Positions 1-9,057 of a stretch of DNA of 64,000 nt are shown in pieces (the stretch's first letter is position 1; every line of letters begins with the position of its first letter). The stretch spans positions 32,001 through 96,000 of the IMG/VR virus record IMGVR_UViG_3300030376_006203; one strand, written 5' to 3'. The notes under the pieces are model-generated. The model had not been told where the DNA came from. It saw nothing but the letters and a program-made list of their open reading frames with translations, and ran no database searches. This DNA comes from a virus (Duplodnaviria; Caudoviricetes). A program made the translations under genes and the position numbers.

Positions 1-174
1 ACCTATTATGAAAAATGGATATACTATTCTCATATCTGGGTCTGTGGCGTTTAGTGCCAAAGTCATACTAGCAATAATATTTACGACTGTGCTGATCATT
101 TCTAACCAAAAGCATAATTTATCTTGCTGGTAAGATTCTTTGAAGTAACCGATTATTTTATTTGTCTCGGCCAA
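1..174 (-). CDS. membrane protein, truncated at window edge
   Basis: Read manually: TTG start at 174, ...YFKESYQQDKLCFWLEMISTVVNIIASMTLAL...IVYPFFIIG; hydrophobic and open to position 1. Confidence 0.5.
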   Translation of the reverse strand, partial: MAETNKIIGYFKESYQQDKLCFWLEMISTVVNIIASMTLALNATDPDMRIVYPFFIIG

Positions 175-418
175 CTGCAATAATTAAATTTTCTAATGAA
201 TCAAAATCATCTGAATATTTGTGCCATTCACCTTTATGAGCAATTTTAATTGCTTTATTAATAAGTGCTGGTTTGATTTCTAATTCTTCTGCTACTGCTT
301 TCACAGTGTCTTTTAATCCAGAGTTTAAATCTTCTACTTCAGAAAGTACGTTTGCACCTTCATCTATAATCCTCTTTAACTTTGCTTGTTCTTCTGGACC
401 GTATGTTCTGCCTGCCAT
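158..418 (-). CDS. T4 DsbA-like / GapR-like dsDNA-binding protein
   Basis: 86 aa helical protein, KDTVKAVAEELEIKPALINKAIKIAHK resembles T4 dsbA. Confidence 0.6.
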   Translation of the reverse strand: MAGRTYGPEEQAKLKRIIDEGANVLSEVEDLNSGLKDTVKAVAEELEIKPALINKAIKIAHKGEWHKYSDDFDSLENLIIAVGRDK

Positions 419-429
419 TTTATTCTCCT

Positions 430-1023
430 TTATATTTTACTATGGTCTATACCTGAGTAGTCTCCGTAACTTCCTGTTTCGTGTGCTACTTTCAGATAAT
501 CAATCATGTTTTCTGGTGTTGATTCTACATATGGGTCGTCATCTGTGCCTTCATTGTTTATGCCAGGCTCTTGCCACCATTTTTCTACTACACCGTCATT
601 TACAACTGCCATGTATCTCCAACTTCTATTTCCGAAGCCTAAATGGTTTTTACCTATAAGCATACCCATAAATCTTGTAAAGTTTCCAGAACCATCTGGA
701 ATCATTTTTACGTTTTCAATATTCATTCTGTCTGCCCATGCGTTCATTACAAATGAATCATTTACTGACACACAATAAATTTCGTCTATTCCCATGCCTT
801 TAATACTATTGTACTCTTTTTCGAAACCTGGAAGTTGTTGACTTGAACAAGTTGGAGTAAATGCTCCTGGTAAACTAAAAATTACTACTCTTTTACCTTT
901 GAAATATGAATCAGTTGTTGCGTTATGCCATTCTCCACCTATAGCACAACCGTTGTCAGTTTCAACAGCGTCACCTGTTCTCACTCTGAATGTTACTTTT
1001 GGAATTTTAAATCCTTCTATCAT
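430..1023 (-). CDS. peroxiredoxin (Prx5/redoxin family)
   Basis: VVIFSLPGAFTPTCS peroxidatic motif, VSVNDSFVMNAW, RSWRY. Confidence 0.93.
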   Translation of the reverse strand: MIEGFKIPKVTFRVRTGDAVETDNGCAIGGEWHNATTDSYFKGKRVVIFSLPGAFTPTCSSQQLPGFEKEYNSIKGMGIDEIYCVSVNDSFVMNAWADRMNIENVKMIPDGSGNFTRFMGMLIGKNHLGFGNRSWRYMAVVNDGVVEKWWQEPGINNEGTDDDPYVESTPENMIDYLKVAHETGSYGDYSGIDHSKI

Positions 1024-1059
1024 AAAATACTTTACCTTTTTTAAAAATTAATAATGCTT

Positions 1060-1088
1060 ATTGTACTTAATTTTTATGATAAAGTCAA
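1060..1088 (-). promoter_or_regulatory. sigma70-type promoter for peroxiredoxin
   Basis: TTGACT-17 nt-TACAAT. Confidence 0.65.
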
Positions 1089-1090
1089 GA

Positions 1091-1744
1091 CTATTTTTTG
1101 GCTGGACTGTCTTTTTCTTCGTAGAAGAAATCGTTTGTATCACCAAAAGTCACTGTGCTTTCGTTTTCACAGAAAAACTCTTTGGTGCTGACTTGGAAGT
1201 CTGGTCTTTTTAGTTCTGATGGAGTAAGTGATTGTTCATACCAAAGCATTCTATTGTTTGGTTGTGCGAAGTATTGACCATTTATTAGTCTACCAAAATT
1301 GTGTTGTTTGTGTTCGCTTGGTACTTCAGAAACTCCTGTATTCACAGTGTTTGGATCACCGTGACAGGCATCTATTGTGAAAAGATATTCACCTTTCATT
1401 CTACCACCGCCTTTAAGCATTATTTCAACATCACAATTCTTAAGCATTGATTTAGTCCACACTTGAATATTGCTACTGAAACTGTCCCATAGTTCTAGTG
1501 TACCGAGTGGTAATTGTTCTTCTTCTTTGATGTCTTTACGCCATACAAATGCGGATAAAGGAAACTTGTCGAAACAAGCACCATACTCTGGTAGGTATGC
1601 TTCGAACATTAATGCTCTACCTTGTACTGATTTTACAGCAAGAATCACTGCTTCTGCAAATTCGCCGTGGCCTCTTTCAAGGTCGTGTAAGTATTCTTTA
1701 CGAACCCAACATTTTGTATATGGAATATTTGCAACAAAATTCAA
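1091..1744 (-). CDS. conserved phage hypothetical protein
   Basis: 217 aa ORF, strong SD AGGAGGAGG before TTG start, ATAAATA late-promoter motif at 1774-1780. Confidence 0.75.
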   Translation of the reverse strand: MNFVANIPYTKCWVRKEYLHDLERGHGEFAEAVILAVKSVQGRALMFEAYLPEYGACFDKFPLSAFVWRKDIKEEEQLPLGTLELWDSFSSNIQVWTKSMLKNCDVEIMLKGGGRMKGEYLFTIDACHGDPNTVNTGVSEVPSEHKQHNFGRLINGQYFAQPNNRMLWYEQSLTPSELKRPDFQVSTKEFFCENESTVTFGDTNDFFYEEKDSPAKK

Positions 1745-1939
1745 GACACAACCTCCTCCTTGTTAATATAGTGTATTTATTTAAAATTGTATCTTGTGGT
1801 GATTAAACTGTCTTGTGACTGTTTCTGATAGTCCATCCATAAAAGTTTACTTTACTGGCAACTTTCATGTAGAACCTTGTAATGTCCTTTTTGACTGGCA
1901 TCAAGTATGGTACATTTCTTTGTCTGTTTCTTTTGATCA

Positions 1940-2344
1940 TTATTTTTTCTTCTTTTTAGTGGCAACATTGATTGCTTTACCACGTCTATCTGGGTTTGGA
2001 TCTTTTCTACGTTTTCTACGAGCCGCAGATGCTCTGCCTTTTTTGCCTAATGCGTATGCTTTTTTGGCAGGTAAACATTTAGGCTTACCTTCTCCATCTG
2101 ATTTACCGCCACATGAACCTCTGATTTTACCACCAGGACCCATGCGGACCCATTTTTGTTTGAACCATTTTTTAAGATTTTCGTCTAAGGATTCGTCTAG
2201 TAGTATATCGTGACAGTTTACACAGAAGTCTATGTGTTCTCTTTTAACACAGTTGGGTACTCTTTTTCCGAACATGGTCTTCATGCCCTTCTTTTCGTAA
2301 CCTTTCCAACAACGTGTTCCTTCTAGGATTTCGTTTACCTTCAT
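1940..2344 (-). CDS. putative internal head protein with basic Cys-pair mini-domains
   Basis: Likely start MKVNEILEG at 2344; RCWKGY..PNCVK and LKKWFKQKWV..PKCLP modules typical of marine T4-like phages. Confidence 0.65.
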   Translation of the reverse strand: MKVNEILEGTRCWKGYEKKGMKTMFGKRVPNCVKREHIDFCVNCHDILLDESLDENLKKWFKQKWVRMGPGGKIRGSCGGKSDGEGKPKCLPAKKAYALGKKGRASAARRKRRKDPNPDRRGKAINVATKKKKK

Positions 2345-3156
2345 TACTTTTTCTTGCTGTTGCCCCAATTAGCCGCGCCTTTTTTACGACACTGTACTAG
2401 AGCACCAGAGGCGTATGCCGAAGGCCAAACTTTGTATCTTGCTTTTACTTTGTGATAGCAGGCATCTTGCTTCTCTGCTAATTTTTCGAATTCTTCTTCT
2501 GTGATTGGTTTACCAACAAAATCTTCTAGAACTGCTTCAGTCTTTTTTTTTGAAGATTCTTTTAATTTGTTTTGTAATTTATTTGATAATGATTCTTTGT
2601 AGTCTTCTGTTTTACAATCTGGATGACAATTACAATTTGGTGTGCAGTTTCCTCCACAAGCACAATTCTCATCACAATTACAAGCCATTGATTCTTTAAC
2701 TTGTTCAACTGCTGGTTGTACTGCTTCTGCTGACTCACTTGATGAAATCATTTCGTATTCCATATAGTGTTTTACAGAACTCAAGTAGTCTGCCGCTTTT
2801 GTAATCTTAGCCGCTACCCAACCTTCTAAGCCTTGTTCTTCTGAAACATTTTTTAACAATTCATGAAGTTTAATTGAATACTTTGCCGCTTTGTATAAAT
2901 CTGATCTTGCCATTTGTACTTCATGATCCATCTCGGCTTTTTGTGCCATTAATGCTAGATCTTCTTGTACAGATTCTTTTTTCTTTTTGTTGTGTTGATC
3001 TTTAATTTTTCCTATTTCTTCAGCACTTGCGCCTTTACCTGCCGCACTTTGAATTTTTTTCATACCATCTTTGCCGTATTTTTTAACACCGGCTTTGTAC
3101 ATAATTCCGCTTTCGTCTGTTTCTTGGTCTTTTTTAATTAAATCTGAATGTTTCAT
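2344..3156 (-). CDS. putative internal head (poly)protein
   Basis: Modules DHEVQMARSDLY, a Cys-rich stretch and KQDACYHKVKARYKVWPSAYASGALVQCRK; GATAAATA promoter 5 nt before ATG. Confidence 0.65.
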   Translation of the reverse strand: MKHSDLIKKDQETDESGIMYKAGVKKYGKDGMKKIQSAAGKGASAEEIGKIKDQHNKKKKESVQEDLALMAQKAEMDHEVQMARSDLYKAAKYSIKLHELLKNVSEEQGLEGWVAAKITKAADYLSSVKHYMEYEMISSSESAEAVQPAVEQVKESMACNCDENCACGGNCTPNCNCHPDCKTEDYKESLSNKLQNKLKESSKKKTEAVLEDFVGKPITEEEFEKLAEKQDACYHKVKARYKVWPSAYASGALVQCRKKGAANWGNSKKK

Positions 3157-3161
3157 AATAA

Positions 3162-3169
3162 TATTTATC
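3162..3169 (-). promoter_or_regulatory. T4-type late promoter (GATAAATA)
   Basis: Variant of T4 TATAAATA that recurs before many genes in the window. Confidence 0.65.
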
Positions 3170-3395
3170 TTTTAATTGGAGCACCAAATAATGATGTTCC
3201 TTTCATATCTAAAGCATTATCAGTTGGTTTCTGCATTTTTGCTTTTGGTGGTTTAGCAGAAGCACCTTTTTTGCCATAGGCATCACGTGCTTTTTTATCA
3301 CCTATCGCTATGTGTGGATTAGCCACTGTGGCTATATTGCCCGCCGATGTAGCGCCTGCTGAAGCAACTTCTGATATGATGTCTCTGATACGCAT
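3165..3395 (-). CDS. small putative internal head protein
   Basis: MRIRDIISE-VASAGATSAGNIATVANP; start refined to 3395. Confidence 0.6.
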   Translation of the reverse strand: MRIRDIISEVASAGATSAGNIATVANPHIAIGDKKARDAYGKKGASAKPPKAKMQKPTDNALDMKGTSLFGAPIKR

Positions 3396-3399
3396 AATG

Positions 3400-3582
3400 T
3401 TATTTACCACCTTTGTGTAGATTCTTCACACGTTTGGATGTGCTGTATTTGGCGTGAGGTACTTTGAGGTTCTTTTTGCCGTATATGTCGCCCACTTTGT
3501 GCGTGTATACAAGTTGGGCAGGATCCAAACCATAATGGTAGTCCACACGGGCCTCCACTATTTTGAAATCCTTATAACGCAT
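3400..3582 (-). CDS. small basic putative internal head protein
   Basis: MRYKDFKIVE-A then Lys-rich body; start refined to 3582. Confidence 0.55.
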   Translation of the reverse strand: MRYKDFKIVEARVDYHYGLDPAQLVYTHKVGDIYGKKNLKVPHAKYSTSKRVKNLHKGGK

Positions 3583-3677
3583 ACTACTTGAACTTTGCTT
3601 TGATTTTGTCCACAAGCAAACTTACTTTAGAACAAGTGTACCAAGTTTTTAACTTTTTCTTTGCTTTTTTCCACATA

Positions 3678-3920
3678 TTACAATAAGTTTTTAAGGTTTA
3701 ATATACCGTTGTCAATAATTGCTCTTTCATCAAGACTACCACCGGCACCTACTTCGCCTTCACCTGATCTCAATGCGTCTAAGCCTTCTATGTATTTTTC
3801 TTCTGTGATATCACCAGCCTCAAATCTTGTTTTCAAAGACAATACTGAAGAAGCAGTCTCCTTAACCCAACCTGATCTAGAATCACGAGCATTCACTAAT
3901 CTATCTAAAAATTCAGCCAT
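3678..3920 (-). CDS. hypothetical protein
   Basis: Start MAEFLDRL after AAGGA SD and CATAAATA motif. Confidence 0.55.
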   Translation of the reverse strand: MAEFLDRLVNARDSRSGWVKETASSVLSLKTRFEAGDITEEKYIEGLDALRSGEGEVGAGGSLDERAIIDNGILNLKNLL

Positions 3921-3946
3921 TTTGTTTCCTTTTTGTTTGTGTGTAT

Positions 3947-4261
3947 TTATGCTTTTTTGCGTCCTGACTTCATATTCGCACACCAGTGGTACATTTTGCC
4001 CTTTTCACCACCATGCTTCTTGGCTTTTGCCCTTAATGAAGTTACTGATCCTGAACAACTAGCACCTGCTTTTTTTACTCTACCTGGACGTGATTTTCCT
4101 TTTACTTTGCCATCAGCAAAGTTTTCGTTGGCTTTATTGTTACCAACATTCTTAAAACCATATCTATTGTTAGGGCCATATCCTTTTTTATGAATAAGTC
4201 CCATGGGTTTTGCCGTGTGAGGCATTACTCTATTGCGTTCTATAATATCTATTATCTTCAT
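3947..4261 (-). CDS. basic putative internal head protein
   Basis: MKIIDIIE N-terminus; ENFADGKVKGKSRPGR..SC..HWCANMKSG module. Confidence 0.6.
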   Translation of the reverse strand: MKIIDIIERNRVMPHTAKPMGLIHKKGYGPNNRYGFKNVGNNKANENFADGKVKGKSRPGRVKKAGASCSGSVTSLRAKAKKHGGEKGKMYHWCANMKSGRKKA

Positions 4262-4983
4262 CTCAGTCTAGGTGGACGACCTTTTTTGTCTATTTTAAAT
4301 CCAAATTTTGCCGCTTGTCTTTGTGTTTCGCCAGGCTTAACATCAGCGGTTGTATTTTGTTTTGTAATAATTCCAACACCTTCTTTTTTAGATTGTTGTT
4401 GTTTTGTGTAAGTTTCCAATGCTGATTTAACTTTGCTTAATGAATCTCTATTTGCTTGATACAATATACCAAATCCGCCAGCCTGTTGCCAACGTTGAAT
4501 ATTGATAGGTCTATCGTCAATTAAAATGTTTGGTACTTTTGTTTGCTTGTTTACAGCATACGATTCTTTTCTGCCAGTGATAATTGTTTCAGCAGGCTGT
4601 TCAATATTGTTACTAATCCAAACTTTTTTATATTTTGCTGAATTGGCATTATCGCCTCTTAATGGTGAAGAACAAATTGAAAAAGTTCCACCTGTAAAAT
4701 CTTTAACCATTTTTATTAATTGATCAGCAGATGGAAATTTAGGTAATGTTTCAAAGAAATTAGTTCCTGTAATTTTCTGTATAACCTCAGATTTTAAATC
4801 TTTAGTTCTATCAGAAGTAAGTTCCTTCCAGTGCTTTACACCGTACAGTTTTTCAAGACCACCGAAGAAGTCAGCCATCACTCCGTCCATGTCCAAATAT
4901 ACAATTGGTTTCTTTTCCATATCTTCATTATACAACTTTTTGTTGTATTTGTCAATATTGGATTCTAAGTCCAAAATACGCAT
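4258..4983 (-). CDS. HAD-family 5'(3')-deoxyribonucleotidase
   Basis: VYLDMDGVMADF (HAD motif I), ILIDDRPINI (motif IV). Confidence 0.85.
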   Translation of the reverse strand: MRILDLESNIDKYNKKLYNEDMEKKPIVYLDMDGVMADFFGGLEKLYGVKHWKELTSDRTKDLKSEVIQKITGTNFFETLPKFPSADQLIKMVKDFTGGTFSICSSPLRGDNANSAKYKKVWISNNIEQPAETIITGRKESYAVNKQTKVPNILIDDRPINIQRWQQAGGFGILYQANRDSLSKVKSALETYTKQQQSKKEGVGIITKQNTTADVKPGETQRQAAKFGFKIDKKGRPPRLR

Positions 4984-6992
4984 TAATTGAAACCTAAATG
5001 TGTGACTTCCGGATATTTTGATTTGATTTTTCTAGCAAGTTCATTGTGTAGTTTTACTTGCTGATTCATATAACCTTCAGGTTTACCACCTGAAATCATT
5101 GTAGGACCATCTGGATTTTTATCTACTGTTGTTGGTTCTTCTGGTGATGGTTTACCAATATTCTTTTTTAACCATTGTGTTGATACACCAATAAATTCGT
5201 CAATTGGTACAGCACTCATGTCTTCAAAGTCAGCAGGATAACCTAATGCTGATAAAAATTGTCGCATACTAGCATTACTCAAATAAGGAGTATCTAACTC
5301 TTTGTCTTTTGCCCATGCCATTGGAAATTCAAAAACAGTTGTTTTTTCTCCATCTAATTCTTTTTCAGTTTTAAAATAAGGGATCATTGAAGCACCTTCT
5401 TTAACTGAATCTTCATTATCAATAGAAGCCGCTACTGGTTCAGGTTGTTGTCCAATTTGCTGTGTTGGTTCTTGATCAGGACTTAAATTTACTTTACCAA
5501 GTTCAACAGCAACTTTATTTAAATTTCCTTTTAATGTGCCTGCTGATATTTTTGATCCTGGCGCAAACATTTTCTTCAAATCTCCTTGAGCATCCATTCT
5601 TTTAAATGCATCAGGATGTTTAGGCGCCACATATTTTCTTAGATATGCTACAACTAAATCTGCAGGATATCCTTGAGATACATCTGTTTGATTTAAACCT
5701 ACCACTGTGTTGATGTCTTTGAATAAAGTCTGCATCTGAACTTTTGCTTGATCATCTGCTTGTACTTTTGCCGCTGTTGCTGGATCATACAATGCTTTCA
5801 CTTGATCCGGAACAATTTTTCTACCTGCCGCTTTTAAAGTGTCTAACCAACCTTCATCTAAATAAGTTCCTTCGTTTACTGATTCGTTGCTTATGCCGTG
5901 TGATGCTAATACTATACTCATCGCATCTGCTAGTCCTACTTTTTCTTTCATGTTCATTTGTTTTATATCACTAGTGTCACCGTGATCATTAAAAACTTTT
6001 ATGTATGTGTCTATGTCTGCTGGATCAAATCCTGCTTTGTTTAAAATATCTTCACTTCTATAATCTAAGTCTTCAGTTGTTGGTTTATTCATTGTGATAG
6101 TAAACTTATCACCTTCAAAGTCTACATCTTTACCTGTAATTAATTTGTACATTTTAGCCAACAGTCTATTGTCGTACTCTGGTCTTCCGTGTCCTTTTTG
6201 CGGTTCTTTAATTTTGTCTGCTAACATTTGAACAAATGCTGATTTGTCTAAACGCATTTCACCTTCGTTAGTGTCTTGTGACATACCTTTATTTTTTCTG
6301 TTTACATAGTAGTCACTCATTTTGCCATAGCCATGTCTCCAAGCCATTTGACGCAATCTTGTGTCATCAAAATCTTTGAATCTGTCTGCTAGTTCTTTGT
6401 CTGACATATGAGCAAGTTTTTCTTTGTGTTTGATAATACTTGCTGGCATTCTTTCAGCAACTTTTGTTTGATGATCTTCCCAAAAATCTCCAGCCATGTC
6501 AATCACATTATTGTAAGTGTCAACAAATTCTTCCATGTCCATTGATTGTGCATCATCCGCCATGTGTTTGTATTGTTGTATGTCAACTATTCCATATAGT
6601 TTGTCAAAACTTTTAATATGTGGATAATGACCTTCTTCAATAGAATTTTCTGTTCTTAATGCTGATCTTTGAAATCCTTTTGCTAAAAATTCTTTTTCAC
6701 GTTCTGCTGGGATCATTATAGTCTTACCATCTTTGTGAACGTACAAAGTCTTGCCCATGGCACCCATTCTTTTCATATCGGTAGCCTGTACGCCATCTTC
6801 TGATTTTGGTAAGTTTTTATCTGCCCAGGCATCTAGAGCCGCTTTACGTTTCATGAAGTTTAATTTTCCAACTTGAGCATACTGTTTAGGATCTTTTTGT
6901 ATGTCCTGTAAGGCTTTCATCAATTCACGATAGTGTGCTTCGTCTCTTGGCTCTACGTATTTGAACTCTCTTAAAAAATCTATTAACTTCAT
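4983..6992 (-). CDS. large multi-module putative internal head polyprotein
   Basis: MKLIDFLRE N-terminus; many [ILV]-x-E linkers (SIEE, VAE, VNE, LDE, VKE). Confidence 0.6.
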   Translation of the reverse strand: MKLIDFLREFKYVEPRDEAHYRELMKALQDIQKDPKQYAQVGKLNFMKRKAALDAWADKNLPKSEDGVQATDMKRMGAMGKTLYVHKDGKTIMIPAEREKEFLAKGFQRSALRTENSIEEGHYPHIKSFDKLYGIVDIQQYKHMADDAQSMDMEEFVDTYNNVIDMAGDFWEDHQTKVAERMPASIIKHKEKLAHMSDKELADRFKDFDDTRLRQMAWRHGYGKMSDYYVNRKNKGMSQDTNEGEMRLDKSAFVQMLADKIKEPQKGHGRPEYDNRLLAKMYKLITGKDVDFEGDKFTITMNKPTTEDLDYRSEDILNKAGFDPADIDTYIKVFNDHGDTSDIKQMNMKEKVGLADAMSIVLASHGISNESVNEGTYLDEGWLDTLKAAGRKIVPDQVKALYDPATAAKVQADDQAKVQMQTLFKDINTVVGLNQTDVSQGYPADLVVAYLRKYVAPKHPDAFKRMDAQGDLKKMFAPGSKISAGTLKGNLNKVAVELGKVNLSPDQEPTQQIGQQPEPVAASIDNEDSVKEGASMIPYFKTEKELDGEKTTVFEFPMAWAKDKELDTPYLSNASMRQFLSALGYPADFEDMSAVPIDEFIGVSTQWLKKNIGKPSPEEPTTVDKNPDGPTMISGGKPEGYMNQQVKLHNELARKIKSKYPEVTHLGFN

Positions 6993-7198
6993 TTCTTTCT
7001 GCTCCTAAACTGTACTGGTCCTGTCATATATGGTTTAGAAAACCATAATTTAAACCAGTCAGGATCTCCTGGTTTTAAGCCTAATTTTCTTTCTTTTTTC
7101 TTTAAAGCGGTTGCCGTAGCACTAATATTTTCACCCATAGAATCTTCGTTGTATGGTTTATAGATGCCTGCCAAACGTTTTAAATCGTCTATGTTCAT
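6989..7198 (-). CDS. small hypothetical (head-associated) protein
   Basis: MNIDDLKRLAGI; KPGDPDWFKLWFS motif. Confidence 0.6.
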   Translation of the reverse strand: MNIDDLKRLAGIYKPYNEDSMGENISATATALKKKERKLGLKPGDPDWFKLWFSKPYMTGPVQFRSRKK

Positions 7199-7200
7199 AT

Positions 7201-7776
7201 TTATACTGTCACAGGATCTAATTGTAGTCCTGTTCTCACCTGGTTATACATTTCTTCTGCTGTTTTAGGGTCTATAGGGACAGCATTAATAAATGTTCTT
7301 TTGTCCCCACGTGCCGCTAAATCACGCATTTTTGAAGCACTCATGCCTTCTAATCCTTGTGCGTCAGGATCTCTTTCACCTGCACTTACTACTTTGATAG
7401 AATTAAAATTGTAATCTCTGCCATTGTACTTGTTTAATAATTCATTGAATTCATTTACTCTATCAGAACCTGCCACATATATTATATCTGTGTAACCCAT
7501 TTGTTCCAACTTCTGCATTGCTTGTACCCACGTTCTTACTGCTTTGTCTCCAACCTTAATCATTGGAAACATTTTTTGAGCAAAGGTTAATTTTTGTGAA
7601 AATGATAATGGATCTGTTTTTGCGTTTTGAGTATGCGTAATAAAGATAAAAGGATCACCAGGCTGTGCTTTGATAACTTCCCCAATTTTTTTATGTCCTG
7701 CTGTTGGTGGATTCATTCTGCCAAAGGCAAAAACAGCGGTTTTACTAGGTGCTTCTAAAATCTCCGTGATTAGCAT
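7201..7776 (-). CDS. cytidyltransferase-like (HxGH-superfamily) nucleotidyltransferase
   Basis: FGRMNPPTAGH, VAGSDR, GMSASKMR. Confidence 0.85.
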   Translation of the reverse strand: MLITEILEAPSKTAVFAFGRMNPPTAGHKKIGEVIKAQPGDPFIFITHTQNAKTDPLSFSQKLTFAQKMFPMIKVGDKAVRTWVQAMQKLEQMGYTDIIYVAGSDRVNEFNELLNKYNGRDYNFNSIKVVSAGERDPDAQGLEGMSASKMRDLAARGDKRTFINAVPIDPKTAEEMYNQVRTGLQLDPVTV

Positions 7777-8084
7777 TACTGCTCCTCATTTTCTTTTTCG
7801 GCATCCATCATTCTTTGCATTAACAAATTTTTATCTTCTGGAGTAATTTGATCTGCTATTTGTTTTGGAATTTTGTATTTCATGCAGTATTCTTTGATGC
7901 ATGAATCTATTAAAGGCATAACTGCTTCATTATCGCCAGTTTGTTTACACTTGTTCATTGTAGGATAATAATTTTTTCTGTAAAAATCATCATCATTCAT
8001 CATGTAGAAATAAACGTCATCCATTAGATCATAATCTAATTTAGGTTCTTTTTCTATATGATTAAATTCAGTTAGTCTTACCAT
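7776..8084 (-). CDS. hypothetical protein
   Basis: 102 aa ORF translationally coupled to neighbours. Confidence 0.6.
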   Translation of the reverse strand: MVRLTEFNHIEKEPKLDYDLMDDVYFYMMNDDDFYRKNYYPTMNKCKQTGDNEAVMPLIDSCIKEYCMKYKIPKQIADQITPEDKNLLMQRMMDAEKENEEQ

Positions 8085-8665
8085 TTTCTACAACTCCAAT
8101 ATCTTGCTTTTGTTCTAGGTCCTGGATTAGCACAGTTGTGTCTTGCTCTAAAACTTCTACGTCTAGCAGGATTAGATTTTTTAATTCTCATATTAGGATC
8201 ACCAAAGTTTACTTTTTTAATGTTTTTTGTTTTTGGATCTCTCACATACACTTTAAACTTTTTTACATCACCCTGCATTGGCTTGCCTAATTTTACTTTA
8301 CGTCCTCTGTATTCTGCTTCGTCTAATGAATCATCTTCATCAAACCACATATCACCATATGCTTCAAAAAAGTCATCACCTTCGTATGTTTCTTCACTTG
8401 GATCATTGTCACTTACTTCTAACACAAAGTCTTCAAGACCTTGTTCTTTGTAAAGTAATTCTATATCCTCTGCTAAATCATCTGATTCAACTTGTTCTAG
8501 TTGTCTGTGTAATTCAACAGTTAATACGTGCTGACCATCTACATTTTCGAAAGTCACATATTTCGTTTCATCTTCTAGTAAGCCAATTGTGCTTAAATTT
8601 ACTGCTGTGTTGATTTCATCCTCTGTAAAAGGAGTGTCTTTAATTATGTTAAAATAGTGATGCAT
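8078..8665 (-). CDS. acidic N-domain plus basic C-terminal module protein
   Basis: LDE-AEYRGRKVKLGKP..KKVNFGD..RRSFRARHNC..YWSCRKW module. Confidence 0.65.
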   Translation of the reverse strand: MHHYFNIIKDTPFTEDEINTAVNLSTIGLLEDETKYVTFENVDGQHVLTVELHRQLEQVESDDLAEDIELLYKEQGLEDFVLEVSDNDPSEETYEGDDFFEAYGDMWFDEDDSLDEAEYRGRKVKLGKPMQGDVKKFKVYVRDPKTKNIKKVNFGDPNMRIKKSNPARRRSFRARHNCANPGPRTKARYWSCRKW

Positions 8666-8669
8666 AGTT

Positions 8670-9023
8670 TTAATGATTTAATAATATTGAGTTAATTGTT
8701 CCATCTGTGTAAGTTATATGTGCTCTTACCCACACAAAATTTCCTGTAAAGTTAAAAACAAAAGCACCATCTTTGCCTGCTGTTGTACTGTCATATGTAG
8801 TGCCATCTACATCAAACCAATCAGCATCTGCTGGAGTAGTTGCTAGTGTGCCTTGTATTTTAATTGTGCCTGCAACACCGTTAACATTCATTTGAACAGT
8901 GTGAAAACCATCAGATCTACCGTAGTATCCATCACCTTTAAACTTTTCACCCACAACTGTTTCAACCGTGCTATCGCCCGGATGCGTAGTTGCTGGTAGT
9001 ATTATTTCGCTTGTTGCTGGCAT
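8670..9023 (-). CDS. putative virion beta-sandwich protein
   Basis: 117 aa, FNFTGNFVWVRA; CTAAATA late motif 7 nt upstream. Confidence 0.55.
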   Translation of the reverse strand: MPATSEIILPATTHPGDSTVETVVGEKFKGDGYYGRSDGFHTVQMNVNGVAGTIKIQGTLATTPADADWFDVDGTTYDSTTAGKDGAFVFNFTGNFVWVRAHITYTDGTINSILLNH

Positions 9024-9057
9024 ATGTGTATATTTAGCCTATTGGGCGGTTTGATGT

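Noticed and set aside
1803-1940. 45-aa minus-strand ORF MIKRNRQRNVPY...
   Set aside because: Plausible by coupling, but too short and featureless to support
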